A stretch of DNA of 52,903 nt, from positions 1-52,903 of the IMG/VR virus record IMGVR_UViG_3300002026_002461, one strand, 5' to 3'. This document shows positions 10,016 to 20,328 of this stretch, in pieces. Position numbers and translations under genes: made by a program. The DNA comes from a virus (Duplodnaviria; Caudoviricetes). Numbering within the stretch: the first letter of the stretch is position 1; each line of letters begins with the position of its first letter. The notes under the pieces were generated by a model that had not been told where the DNA came from, did no database searches, and saw only the letters and a list, made by a program, of their open reading frames with translations.

Positions 10016-13000
10016 TTATTGTTGAGTAACCTGAACGGGTTGCGTTGCTTCAACCTCTTGTTTATTCTTCTCCATCCACATACGCTTCCGCATGATTTCC
10101 TGAAGAACAGTCCTTACTATTTGCTGACCTTTATGCTCAATCTCAGTATCCGTAAATCGGATAATCGTCCACCCTTGCTGTTTCAATTTTGCATCCCTAG
10201 AAGTATCTCTCTCTACTTGCTTAGGAGAACTATGGAAAACTTCACCATCAGCTTCTATACCAATCTTTAATTCAGGTATACCAAAGTCTAAAGAATACTC
10301 CTGACCAGCAGCTTTAACCCTATATTGCGGATAAATAGATTCCTTAATCAATCCATCATGTTGAGCTTGCAGCAATTTAGGGATTAAATCACGCTCCGCC
10401 TTAGTAAACATGATTCTTCCTTTCTCATCTCGCATTTGACCATTTGCATCTTTCCCGCCGCTTAACACACCATGAGTCTCTTGACGCTTAAATATCTTCT
10501 GTTGTTCTGCATTAATTCTATCACGATTCTTCTTCTTTAAAACTTTACCACCAAATTGATTAGGATCGGCAATTTCAGCAGTTATACTAGATGATTTAGG
10601 CATCGGTCCGCCAACTCCACCACCTACGGGAGACGGTGCCCCACCACCCATCTCACCTGGTGCTCCAATCGGCGGCTCTCCACCCATATCGCCTCCACCA
10701 CCGCCACCGCCCAAAGCAGGCATCATTGAACCACCTCCGTCGCCAAATCCGCCTCCACCAGCTCCTCCCGCCCCACCTTGACCGAACCCTTGACCAACTG
10801 CCATTAATTGAAGAGCATCATAACGTTTTCTTTCAATTTCCTGATCTGGATCAAGGTCGAATGCTTCTAGTACGGTTTGAGCACTCAATAAACCCTTATC
10901 ATATAATTGAATAATAAATGTACGATATTGCTGCTGATCTCGAAGATGCATTGAATCCCATTTTATAGTAGGATATATATAATCTTCCTCTCCAGTTTCA
11001 GGATTTATTTCTACAAAACCTTGACGCTTTGCTTCGGGAAGATATAAATTCTTCTCTATCCATTTAGATATTCCACCCCTAAATGTTTCCAGACGCTGAA
11101 TCATAGCTTCAATACCAACCGCAGCGCTGGAGTTACCATGAATACCAAACAAACCATTTCTTTCTGTAACAATAAAATGATTTGGAACCTCAACGCACCA
11201 AACTTTACCAACATAATCTTCGTCAAATATAACTTGTTGGCTCTTTGTGTCGCATGATTGTTTGTCATTATCCCACTTTCTAGAATCCAATACAGGGAAT
11301 CGACCTAGTTCAGTTTCTCCCCAACTTATTGTGTATTGGGTTTGCAAAACATCACTGTCAAATTCTATCGTGTTAAATCGCGGAGAATATCCTAATTTAA
11401 ACAATATTTCTATAACATCGTCTCTTAATTGTTTTGACACAGTAGTATAGCTATAATATTTCTTATTCGTCGGTTTTTTCTTTGTTGCGGGTCTTTCGCT
11501 TCCGTCACCGTCAACTAACGCTTCCAATAATATCGCCAAATTCTCACGAGACATATTTTTTATATCTTTCGGTATACATTTTGTATTGGCATATCCCCCA
11601 CAATTGGAGGATATATACTGAACTAATTCTTTATTGTGTTTATTATATATCAAAAATACATCTTGATAACTGCTAGGTGGTTTTACTTTTGTTAAATTAT
11701 TAGACAATAAAACGTCTTTCATTTTTGCAAAAGTTTTAACATTGGCTGTCGGACTTTGAGAAATGGCAATTCCACCGACTCTGGATTTGTCTTTTCCCAA
11801 AAACAATTTATGCCCTTCTGAAATATACCATCCCAACAACAACAAAAAGTCTCGTTTGTCAATCCCAAACATTTTTTCATTAATCGAATACGTCCCATTC
11901 CAATTGTCAAAACAAGTCCTGAACCTTCCTCTCCGCTTGACTTCTGCCGCATTAATAGATTCCCACTCTCCAAATCCTTCAGTTTGTCCATCTATTTTTT
12001 GCCCATTCAGTCCTGTTGTCAATTTTCGTCTAGCGTATAGCATTTTGTGATTGGGAGTTACCAACATGTCAATTCTATTTGTTAAAAAGCGTTTCATTGG
12101 AGCGTCGTCGCCATCTATTGAGTTGTAATCATATTCCCATTTTTTAGTTGCCTTTTGATATTCCAACGCTCCAGTTATTTTATTGAATGTTGCAATTAAA
12201 TCTTTTTCAATATCCAATTCGCATCTGTATTTAAGTCCGCTGTCACAAAGTACTCTGGTGCAGTCACTTAGACAAAAATTTGGGCCCTCGCCGTTGAGTA
12301 ATGCGTTGTTAATCATCATGCCATCAAGCACTTCCTGATTGATATATTCAAGCTCATTAGATAAAGTCAACACCTTTCCTGCCGCTCCCTCAAATTGCAA
12401 TTCAAAAGCGTGATGCGTAACAATTGTAAGATTAGGATCGTTAGCGGTATTAGCCAATTGAGCCTGTACATCTGCAATATCCGCTGGACCCGCTGGACGT
12501 TCATCACTGCCAACCTTTACAATTTTGATTGGAACAATTAATCTTTCGGCAACAATCCATTGAGCTACCATTAGTTTTGTTTTATATGAAAGCACTGGAA
12601 ACAATCGACGAACCATACCAACGCCAAATTTCTGATATCCGCACTCGCCATATTTAAGATGAGAAACATTTCTGTTATCCAATCTAATTGGTTGACCCGT
12701 TGAAATAAGGTTGATAACTTCAGGAGATAAACGTTCATATCCTGGTATTTTCCTTTGAACCATATTTATCAATTCCTCATCTGGTCTAAGGGCAATCATA
12801 GGTTCTGGAGTCATTGATGTTGTATGGACTTCTACAAAGTCAGGATTTAAAATAACAACTCTACGAATTGTGCCACCTTCATGTTCGCAAATCTCTTCGC
12901 CAACTCTGCCTGAACCATGACATATCTGGCAATCTATTTCAACAAAAGGAAAACAATCACCAAGAAGATGAATTTCATGACTTATTAAACGACACCACTT

Positions 13001-13447
13001 TGGTAATTCCAATTTGTCTTTCAGTTTGTCGAAATGTCGTTTAACGTCTCTATTCCTACACTCATGTTCGAAATTACCCATAGGAAAGTCTGAATAAAAA
13101 TCTATTGCAGATGCGACCTTTGGTTCATTCTCATAGAAAAATCTACTCCATTGGTAAATTTCTAATCTCTTTGAAGGTATCTGCCAATTTATAGGAGTAT
13201 GAACTGGAGAAAAGAAAGTAGGCTGTCCATACATCGTGCTATTACCAGAAGCATATCGACTCATTCCTCCGCCCCATTCTCCTGTATTTACTGACGCAAC
13301 GGGGGCGTAATTGTGCTTTGGTATTCTTTTATAATCTGGATGGGGTGCGATTGTCTGTTTGCTTATTTTTGAAGGATCTCTGTTTCTCAAAGCCCTAAAT
13401 GTTTGCTCTAAATCTGAACTGACAATAATGTTATCGGAATCTGACAT
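10016..13447 (-). CDS. Portal protein with intein and C-terminal DUF559/Vsr-like endonuclease domain
   Basis: Portal-like features (PKVASAIDFYSDFP, VILNPDFV, VSHLK, PIKIVKVGS, GLLSAQTVLE). Intein C...HGN|S. Gly-rich linker, then LDFGIPELKIGIEADGEVFH..RD..L...GWTIIRF. Start moved to ATG 13447 (AGGAG SD). Confidence 0.8.
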   Translation of the reverse strand: MSDSDNIIVSSDLEQTFRALRNRDPSKISKQTIAPHPDYKRIPKHNYAPVASVNTGEWGGGMSRYASGNSTMYGQPTFFSPVHTPINWQIPSKRLEIYQWSRFFYENEPKVASAIDFYSDFPMGNFEHECRNRDVKRHFDKLKDKLELPKWCRLISHEIHLLGDCFPFVEIDCQICHGSGRVGEEICEHEGGTIRRVVILNPDFVEVHTTSMTPEPMIALRPDEELINMVQRKIPGYERLSPEVINLISTGQPIRLDNRNVSHLKYGECGYQKFGVGMVRRLFPVLSYKTKLMVAQWIVAERLIVPIKIVKVGSDERPAGPADIADVQAQLANTANDPNLTIVTHHAFELQFEGAAGKVLTLSNELEYINQEVLDGMMINNALLNGEGPNFCLSDCTRVLCDSGLKYRCELDIEKDLIATFNKITGALEYQKATKKWEYDYNSIDGDDAPMKRFLTNRIDMLVTPNHKMLYARRKLTTGLNGQKIDGQTEGFGEWESINAAEVKRRGRFRTCFDNWNGTYSINEKMFGIDKRDFLLLLGWYISEGHKLFLGKDKSRVGGIAISQSPTANVKTFAKMKDVLLSNNLTKVKPPSSYQDVFLIYNKHNKELVQYISSNCGGYANTKCIPKDIKNMSRENLAILLEALVDGDGSERPATKKKPTNKKYYSYTTVSKQLRDDVIEILFKLGYSPRFNTIEFDSDVLQTQYTISWGETELGRFPVLDSRKWDNDKQSCDTKSQQVIFDEDYVGKVWCVEVPNHFIVTERNGLFGIHGNSSAAVGIEAMIQRLETFRGGISKWIEKNLYLPEAKRQGFVEINPETGEEDYIYPTIKWDSMHLRDQQQYRTFIIQLYDKGLLSAQTVLEAFDLDPDQEIERKRYDALQLMAVGQGFGQGGAGGAGGGGFGDGGGSMMPALGGGGGGGDMGGEPPIGAPGEMGGGAPSPVGGGVGGPMPKSSSITAEIADPNQFGGKVLKKKNRDRINAEQQKIFKRQETHGVLSGGKDANGQMRDEKGRIMFTKAERDLIPKLLQAQHDGLIKESIYPQYRVKAAGQEYSLDFGIPELKIGIEADGEVFHSSPKQVERDTSRDAKLKQQGWTIIRFTDTEIEHKGQQIVRTVLQEIMRKRMWMEKNKQEVEATQPVQVTQQ
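11132..12274 (-). mobile_element. Intein (381 aa) with LAGLIDADG homing endonuclease in portal gene
   Basis: F|CLSDCTRV start; VTPNHKM block B; LGWYISEG and LEALVDGDG motifs; VWCVEVPNH...GIHGN|S end. Confidence 0.92.
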
Positions 13448-13528
13448 AATTTCTCCTGCTTTATACAACACAACAAAACATAACTATTATACAAAATAGT
13501 CATGCTTTATATGTGAAAATTAACGACA

Positions 13529-14857
13529 TTACATCTGCGTTACAGGAAAGTCAGTTGATTGGTCTGCTCCTTCTTGCATTGGTGCTTCGATAGCCTGTGA
13601 TGGTTCTTCAACTTCTTGAACAATTTCTTCATTTAACCCAAGTTCGTCCGCAGCTTCTTGGACATAAGGTTGAGCACTAACTTCAAAATTCATATCTTGA
13701 AAACTCACTCTAGTGCCAACAGCATTTGGATCTGAAGGATGGTCTGTAATCTCATAAACATTTTTCATATTCGGAACATTTACAAACGAACTTCCTGTAT
13801 CAAGACGTATTTGATTATTACCGCCTACAGATTGGGCAATCGCTCCGCGTGGATCTGTCAATCTAAGCGTATTATTGCCACCATATTGCAACGCTTCCGC
13901 TAAAGTTGTCGCCGTTTTTATTGAAGGATCATAACCAATACCTGAATGCTTAGAGATTAATTTTTGAGCGATCTTGTCTATTTGAGAAACGCCTAATACC
14001 GAAGCATTGTAATGGTCTGATATAGAATCAATCATTGTACCATAATCAATCCCAGCCTCTCTCATTTCGATAGTGTCCTTAATCATATTGTAAATACGAT
14101 CCTTCTTTATCTCTTGATCTAATTTTGATGAACATTTTACAATCTTTTCAAATTTACTAGAAGCTATTACAATGCTATCCTGTTGATTACCTCTTGCCTC
14201 TTCAAGCCTACGTTCTGTTGAATATTGATGAGGTCTTGGCTTCCTAGTACGTTCTCCATCCGCTAACGCCATTTGATTGCCACCGTCTCTTGGAGCGTCT
14301 GGATTTGCAGGAGTACCGGCAGTCGGAAATACATGGAATCTATCATTTATATATCCACCTACAACCTTCCCGTCTTTATCCTGATAATCTCTATAAAACT
14401 TATCCATAACGTATGTACGCCATATCGCCTCTCCACTATAGATATGATTAGGATCTTCATCGAACTTTATCTCATCGGTATAGTAATGTGTGAAATCATA
14501 GTACTGATCGCGTCCTACTCTCCATGGCGTTCCTTCGTTAAATCCATCTACAACGCGATTCCATTTGTTTCTCTGTCTTGAGCATTGAGCTTCTTTTGTC
14601 ATTGCCTGTGCCTTTTTATTAAGACGGGTTATGTTATGTTTAGCTAAAACGCCAAATAAAACCTCAGAAGCGTCATCTCCATCGTTCTCGTAAATAGACT
14701 GACAGGTTTCAACAATATCCTGTTCATCATTATGAATTCCTGACATATCTTCATTTGTAGTTATCATTTCCATTAGTCCCTTAGCGGCATCATTGTAAGA
14801 TCCTCTAGAACGAACCCACTCTCTTAAATCATCTGGATTGTTGAAATAATCTGACAT
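13529..14857 (-). CDS. Hypothetical protein, probable head-associated
   Basis: 442 aa with AGGAG SD; contains KKAQ, KEAQ and KTAT motifs. Confidence 0.65.
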   Translation of the reverse strand: MSDYFNNPDDLREWVRSRGSYNDAAKGLMEMITTNEDMSGIHNDEQDIVETCQSIYENDGDDASEVLFGVLAKHNITRLNKKAQAMTKEAQCSRQRNKWNRVVDGFNEGTPWRVGRDQYYDFTHYYTDEIKFDEDPNHIYSGEAIWRTYVMDKFYRDYQDKDGKVVGGYINDRFHVFPTAGTPANPDAPRDGGNQMALADGERTRKPRPHQYSTERRLEEARGNQQDSIVIASSKFEKIVKCSSKLDQEIKKDRIYNMIKDTIEMREAGIDYGTMIDSISDHYNASVLGVSQIDKIAQKLISKHSGIGYDPSIKTATTLAEALQYGGNNTLRLTDPRGAIAQSVGGNNQIRLDTGSSFVNVPNMKNVYEITDHPSDPNAVGTRVSFQDMNFEVSAQPYVQEAADELGLNEEIVQEVEEPSQAIEAPMQEGADQSTDFPVTQM

Positions 14858-14867
14858 ATCAAACTCC

Positions 14868-15872
14868 TTATTTTTTCAATTGTTCTAGTTTTGACGCTAA
14901 AGCAGTAACGAAATCATCCGATATGCTTCTTGCACTTTCTCTTGATGGCCTCTCCCAATCATTTGCAACTTTAGGTCTTTGAATTGACTCTTTATGTTTA
15001 GCGTTGATTGAAGCAAGACTTTCTCCCTTAGTTTTCTCAGGAATACTTGACGGATCAAACTTTGCATAAACACCCATTTGTGAAGATGGTTTATTAAGTC
15101 CAGTTGAAGCGTTTAAGCTTTCAGTTGGGAATACCGTACCCTTAGGAACGATATCTATTTTATCCATCGCGGCAATCTTTTCTTTTTGCCAATCAGAATG
15201 GTTCTTAAGTTTCTGAGCTTCCTTAGCAGCCAATTCCTTCTTAAGTCTAACTCCAGTGTCATCTTCTGTACTATTGGCAAGTTGTTCAATAGCTAAAGGA
15301 TTCGTGATACTGTTTTGATTAATTGCTGGATTCACATCAGAATTCGCAAAATAATTATCATCCCCTCTCAAAGGAACAACATTACCGCTAGTTGCTGAAA
15401 TTTTATCTATAACGCTTTGCTTTGTAACTGTTTCCCAATTAGCACGATCAATATGAGATGTGTCCGATCTTTCTTCAATACGGAACGGATCTTTCCATAT
15501 ATCTTTCAAAGAAATTTCATTTTCGCAAACAAGTTGGGCAGTCTTAACAAATGGTTCTTTAGTTGAAGCTATGGCAGTTATATTTTCTGGATTAAACCCG
15601 CGAACATCTGATGCTTTCATACCGCTAGCCAACGCATATTCCTTCAAATGACTTACAGTTGCATCGTCCCACTTTGAATTATAATGATATTTTGATCCAT
15701 TACTAGAGCAAACATCAATCCTATCACACTCTTGTGCAAGAACTACATCATTTACTTCTTTAGCAACATTTATTCTTTCAACTTCTTCTACATTACAGCT
15801 TTCTACTTCTGGAGCTACCGCTGCGAACCATGATGGAGCCATTTTTTCATCTGCCACTCTAGATATATTCAT
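14868..15872 (-). CDS. Hypothetical protein, probable head-associated
   Basis: 334 aa; MNISRVAD start, internal KTAQ; AAAAGG-N18-GAA motif upstream (15929-15959). Confidence 0.65.
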   Translation of the reverse strand: MNISRVADEKMAPSWFAAVAPEVESCNVEEVERINVAKEVNDVVLAQECDRIDVCSSNGSKYHYNSKWDDATVSHLKEYALASGMKASDVRGFNPENITAIASTKEPFVKTAQLVCENEISLKDIWKDPFRIEERSDTSHIDRANWETVTKQSVIDKISATSGNVVPLRGDDNYFANSDVNPAINQNSITNPLAIEQLANSTEDDTGVRLKKELAAKEAQKLKNHSDWQKEKIAAMDKIDIVPKGTVFPTESLNASTGLNKPSSQMGVYAKFDPSSIPEKTKGESLASINAKHKESIQRPKVANDWERPSRESARSISDDFVTALASKLEQLKK

Positions 15873-15966
15873 ATAATAAATCCCTTTTGTTAATACAAAA
15901 TAAATGTTATCTTAGTCATTTATAATAACTATTTCATATTTATATTAGATATTCCTTTTTTTCCCG

Positions 15967-18900
15967 CTATAATTCTACAAAACCAATATTGCGTTTTGTC
16001 TCATCGGACGAATTGGAATCAAAATCTAACTCTGGATGAGAAGTATAATGATTCTTATTTTTATTGGTAAGAACCTCTCTATCTCCTAGAACTAATTCCC
16101 CTGTAGTTCCATCCTCTTTCATTGAACCTTGGCTGTTTTCAAGTACAGCAACGAAATTATCTGTAGTCCACTCTAGACTTTCTGGATCGCCATGATGAAA
16201 ATAATAATTATATGCTGCCATTTCCATTACCAATGTCTCGATATCCCTTACCGTGAACCCTTTCATAGTGCATAATTCAGATATTTGGTCAAGGTCTAAA
16301 CTGTCAATAGCTGTTTGCAATTCTTGAGGAGTCATAAATCCCAAAGCCTTAACCCCTCTATTATTCATTCTTCGTCCAGTTGTTTTAAACGTTTCTTTCA
16401 TGCTTTTTGAATCAAAATTATCAATATTTATAACCAAATCTACACGACCTGAACGGAGCATTGGTCCAGTTATATTCTCTTTATGGTTTGTCGTCATAAC
16501 AACAAATATATTTCTCTTCATAAATTCATTTTCTTCTTGTCCATTCTGCAACCAAGACATAAATTCCGACTCTACCTGCTTATGGGCTTCATGCATACCA
16601 TCAGCGGAATTGTTTGTTGCCCCCATAGCCCTATCGTATTCATCTATTCTTACAATGACATGAGATGAATTCATAATGCTTTTTATAGAGTTTCTAGCTT
16701 GTTCTGATCCTTGTCCGACAAATTTTGAATGAACTGAATTTACATTGAAATCCCATATATCAAACCCTAACAAACCAGCCAAATGAACTGGAAACGCGGA
16801 GTTGTGAGTCACCGTATAATCACCTAATAAAAACTGCCGGTCACCATCAATCGTAAATCCATAATACTCGCCAAATCCGCACTTATCTATATTTATGCCG
16901 CATTTGACACCTATCTTTTGCGTATTGTCGTGTCCTTGTTTCCTAGGTAATTTTATCGGTATTTCTGACAAATTTCCTCCAAATGTAACAATATAACAAC
17001 GAACGCTATAATTCTTCGATTTTAATGTTTTTATTGAAGATGTCTCAAATACCTTAAAACCCAAACTTCTACCTAAATCCGCAACATTTTCGGCCAATCT
17101 TTTATTAATGTTATAAAATTGCAAAGATCCACCTCTTCCCATATAACCGTCTGAATCGATTAATCCAGCCAAAAGAGACAATCTTTTTTCTCTAGAATTA
17201 ATTAAATACAACTCTGGTATATGTTTGTTGTCAAAAACATCCATATACCGCAAACTATTCTTTATTGGATTTATAGAATATCCACTACCCTTCCTCTTGG
17301 AGAAATTAAGTACCAAAGCGTCTGTATCATTCTTTTTTTCATATCTAATAAAAAGTTTTTGTAACTTACTCCAATCTTCAAGCCACTCAAACGTCTCTAT
17401 ATCATTCGGGTGAACTGTTATTGCAGGCTTTTTAGCTGTACCGTCCCCAAGCCATAAACCGAACCAATACGGATCTATAGGTACATCCCGATTGTCAAAC
17501 TCGACTCCGGACTTCCACCCATAATGAGTTTTTTTCCACGTTTTACTCATTGAAAAATAATCATTTACGGAGACGTACACTGGAGAATCATTGTACTTGC
17601 CTTCTTTTTTTAACGACAAGATATGATTGCCATTGCAAATATAATTACATCCATTGTTTTGAACAACATTGTATAAGTTGTCCAACCCACTAGTCGTACT
17701 TAGAACATTTCTTGGTCTTGAATCTGGACCCATCAAAACATCACCAACAACTACATCTTCTACATTCTTTTTAGTCCCATTAAACATGACAATTTTCGTT
17801 CCCCGTCCAAGGCATTTACCAACGCCACCTTGACCATATAGAACCATAACATGCGGCATTCTCGTCTGTATCCGCTCTATCAAATCTTCATATTCGGATT
17901 CATCTTCTCCACGTTCTATCGCCTCAAGTGATTTATTTCTAAGACTTTTTACTTCATTGAAATCTCTTAGCAATTTCTTTACGTCCCAAGTGAAATTACT
18001 CGTTTCTGGACAAATATAATCTTCCCAAGGACGAGCGGTCAATTGAGTTAAACCGAATCCATCATCCATAAATTTTTGATTTATAGATTGTCTTATTTTT
18101 TTAATTGCGATAATTGAATTTATGTTTTTTGATCTAGGTGGATCTTCAGCGGCAAATAACGATGCAGCTAAAACATCTCCAGCCTCATTGTAGGTTAATC
18201 CGCATAATTTCCTAGCGATCTGTTCTTTTTGGTTTTTGCTAAAATCTATAATATATTTACTATTGGTATACAAATCCATAAAACTATCAATAAGATGATT
18301 AGCTTCATGATCGTCTACTGGACTTATTTCCAACGTTCTTATCTGAAAGGGAAGTTTAATTTTTACATTTGAAACCAAAAGAATTCTACAGCTATTTTTA
18401 GTGATTGGATCTCGAAAATTATCAAATAGGTTCAACGCTTTTGGTTCTATAATTCCTGCATTTTCTTTAGAACAAAAATCTAACGAAAAATCAACATTTT
18501 TTATTATCAACAATCTATCTTTGCAAGTCGCCCCTCTTATTAACTCACGTCTATTAATAAATCCATTAGATATCCTTTTTCTTTTTCCAGTTTGAGGATC
18601 TATTTTTGGAACAGGTATACCTAAGTCTTTATCTTCTTCTACTTCAATTGAACCATATATCAATTCATCTAAATAATTATAAGCGTTCCCATTGCCAGCT
18701 TGACCGTGTTGCAACTCAACAGCGTCTATATCATATGTATTATTATATAATTCTTCAATTTTGAATGAAGCCTTAAGAAGTTCATCAACTAAACATTGAC
18801 CCTCATGATTGACAACAAGATTCGTAATTCCAGTTAACGACAATTTAACTGCAATTTGCAATTCTCTTTTTAATTTCTGGAACGCTTCACTAGACGAAAC

Positions 18901-18996
18901 CAATGAAGAGAAAGTAAGATCCGAAGATTTCCTTGGGATAGTTCCACATCCATTCGCGTTATTATTTATTGGATTGCCATCGATTATTGTTGCCAT
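15967..18996 (-). CDS. AAA+ ATPase (Ycf46-like) with intein in Walker A
   Basis: GQGGVGK|intein|S, Walker B VRIDEYD, FMSWLQ, VVMTTN, arginine finger LRSGRVD; degenerate N-terminal AAA-like domain; start at ATG 18996 (AAGGA SD). Confidence 0.85.
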   Translation of the reverse strand: MATIIDGNPINNNANGCGTIPRKSSDLTFSSLVSSSEAFQKLKRELQIAVKLSLTGITNLVVNHEGQCLVDELLKASFKIEELYNNTYDIDAVELQHGQAGNGNAYNYLDELIYGSIEVEEDKDLGIPVPKIDPQTGKRKRISNGFINRRELIRGATCKDRLLIIKNVDFSLDFCSKENAGIIEPKALNLFDNFRDPITKNSCRILLVSNVKIKLPFQIRTLEISPVDDHEANHLIDSFMDLYTNSKYIIDFSKNQKEQIARKLCGLTYNEAGDVLAASLFAAEDPPRSKNINSIIAIKKIRQSINQKFMDDGFGLTQLTARPWEDYICPETSNFTWDVKKLLRDFNEVKSLRNKSLEAIERGEDESEYEDLIERIQTRMPHVMVLYGQGGVGKCLGRGTKIVMFNGTKKNVEDVVVGDVLMGPDSRPRNVLSTTSGLDNLYNVVQNNGCNYICNGNHILSLKKEGKYNDSPVYVSVNDYFSMSKTWKKTHYGWKSGVEFDNRDVPIDPYWFGLWLGDGTAKKPAITVHPNDIETFEWLEDWSKLQKLFIRYEKKNDTDALVLNFSKRKGSGYSINPIKNSLRYMDVFDNKHIPELYLINSREKRLSLLAGLIDSDGYMGRGGSLQFYNINKRLAENVADLGRSLGFKVFETSSIKTLKSKNYSVRCYIVTFGGNLSEIPIKLPRKQGHDNTQKIGVKCGINIDKCGFGEYYGFTIDGDRQFLLGDYTVTHNSAFPVHLAGLLGFDIWDFNVNSVHSKFVGQGSEQARNSIKSIMNSSHVIVRIDEYDRAMGATNNSADGMHEAHKQVESEFMSWLQNGQEENEFMKRNIFVVMTTNHKENITGPMLRSGRVDLVINIDNFDSKSMKETFKTTGRRMNNRGVKALGFMTPQELQTAIDSLDLDQISELCTMKGFTVRDIETLVMEMAAYNYYFHHGDPESLEWTTDNFVAVLENSQGSMKEDGTTGELVLGDREVLTNKNKNHYTSHPELDFDSNSSDETKRNIGFVEL
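16801..17814 (-). mobile_element. Intein (338 aa) with LAGLIDADG homing endonuclease
   Basis: K|CLGRGTK start; CNGNHIL block B; FGLWLGDG and LAGLIDSDG motifs; YYGFTID...VTHN|S end. Confidence 0.95.
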
Positions 18997-19047
18997 AGAG
19001 TTTCCTTTCAATAAAATATATCAAATATATTATACAAAATAAACGAA

Positions 19048-19081
19048 AAAGCAGATGTAGCTTTTAACTTGCATCTGCTTT
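19048..19081. terminator. Intrinsic terminator
   Basis: AAAGCAGATG.../...CATCTGCTTT hairpin downstream of the acidic protein gene. Confidence 0.75.
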
Positions 19082-19114
19082 CTCTCTTTAATTGTTATTT
19101 AATTGGTTCTTGGT

Positions 19115-19978
19115 TTACTTCTCGTAATCAGTAACCATTAATTTCGCATAATCAGCGGCATAACCCAAATCGTCTTTCCAGAACTTCAGAACTTTCTTAC
19201 GAGTCGTTGGGCTTATTTTGCTAGTTTTGACGAAATCATCAGCTCCAGCTTCTTTCTGCAAGGCTTTCTTGACAGAGGCACACGCAACTCCAGTCGATTC
19301 CTGAATTATATCTTCTCCGCCTTCTTCCTCTTTGCAGCAAGAATCAGGATCGGAACCGAAAGGCTTTTCGCCGCCGCAACTTGGGCATGCAGTTTCGTCA
19401 GAAATTTCGATTTCAAAAACCTCATCGTCTCCACCAACATCGCCACCAACATCGCCACCAATTTCATCAGTAACAACATCATCAGATACAACTTCCTCAG
19501 AACCAGCAGCGGCTCCAACGGCAGAACGAACTTCCTCTACAGCCTGATTAACCTTGTCAAGAGCAACCGTAACAGCGTCAACAACAGCATCGGCAGCTTC
19601 AGACTTGTCAACCAACTCGGCAACAGCTTCTTGAACGTCAACTATGGCAGATTCTTCGCCAGCATCAGCAGCGTCAGGAATCTCGACTTCAACTTCTGCG
19701 TCCTCGTCTTCAACTTCTGCATCAGTATCATCAACATCTACTTCAACGACATCCTCAACAACGGATTCGTCGGCAGATTCGTCCTTGTCGGCGTCTTTTT
19801 CTTCAGCTTCGCTCTCATCGAACTGAGCCTGAATAACTTTTTTAGCAGCTAAATAAAGAAGATCCTTATCTGTTACTGTTTTAGTTTTGCCATTTGCTGA
19901 AGCGGTTTTCACTACTTTCGTACTTTCTTCCGGACTCCAATCAAAATTCATTTTACCAACTGGTGTAATTATCGCCAT
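19115..19978 (-). CDS. Highly acidic protein, probable scaffold/core component
   Basis: Start reassigned to ATG 19978 (GGAG SD); D/E-rich; KVVKTASANGK resembles the array leader; CPSC motif. Confidence 0.65.
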   Translation of the reverse strand: MAIITPVGKMNFDWSPEESTKVVKTASANGKTKTVTDKDLLYLAAKKVIQAQFDESEAEEKDADKDESADESVVEDVVEVDVDDTDAEVEDEDAEVEVEIPDAADAGEESAIVDVQEAVAELVDKSEAADAVVDAVTVALDKVNQAVEEVRSAVGAAAGSEEVVSDDVVTDEIGGDVGGDVGGDDEVFEIEISDETACPSCGGEKPFGSDPDSCCKEEEGGEDIIQESTGVACASVKKALQKEAGADDFVKTSKISPTTRKKVLKFWKDDLGYAADYAKLMVTDYEK

Positions 19979-20049
19979 TTTTTCATCTCCTTTTTTGATT
20001 AAACATACGTTTATCTTTTTCTTTTCTGTATTACTACTGAAATTCCCTT

Positions 20050-20277
20050 TTATTTTTTTAATGTTTTTGAAGCATATTTTTGTGACCAATTACTTTTAGC
20101 TTGATCTTGATACTCTTCCATGCATGAATTTATCGCTTCTTGCGGCGAAATTCCAGCAGCAACCTTAGTCTTGTAACAATTCATCCAGCCTCTACTTTGA
20201 CCTTGCATCAACCCTTTTGCATCTTCGTAATACGCTTTCTTACGAAAAGAGTTAAGATTAAATGTTGTTGTTTTCAT
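20050..20277 (-). CDS. Small hypothetical protein with FNL..KKA leader
   Basis: MKTTTFNLNSFRKKAY; AAAAGG-N18-GAA motif immediately upstream. Confidence 0.6.
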   Translation of the reverse strand: MKTTTFNLNSFRKKAYYEDAKGLMQGQSRGWMNCYKTKVAAGISPQEAINSCMEEYQDQAKSNWSQKYASKTLKK

Positions 20278-20328
20278 ATTTATCATTTTCTTTAATTTTT
20301 TTCAATATCCTTTTTTATTATTCAAAAA

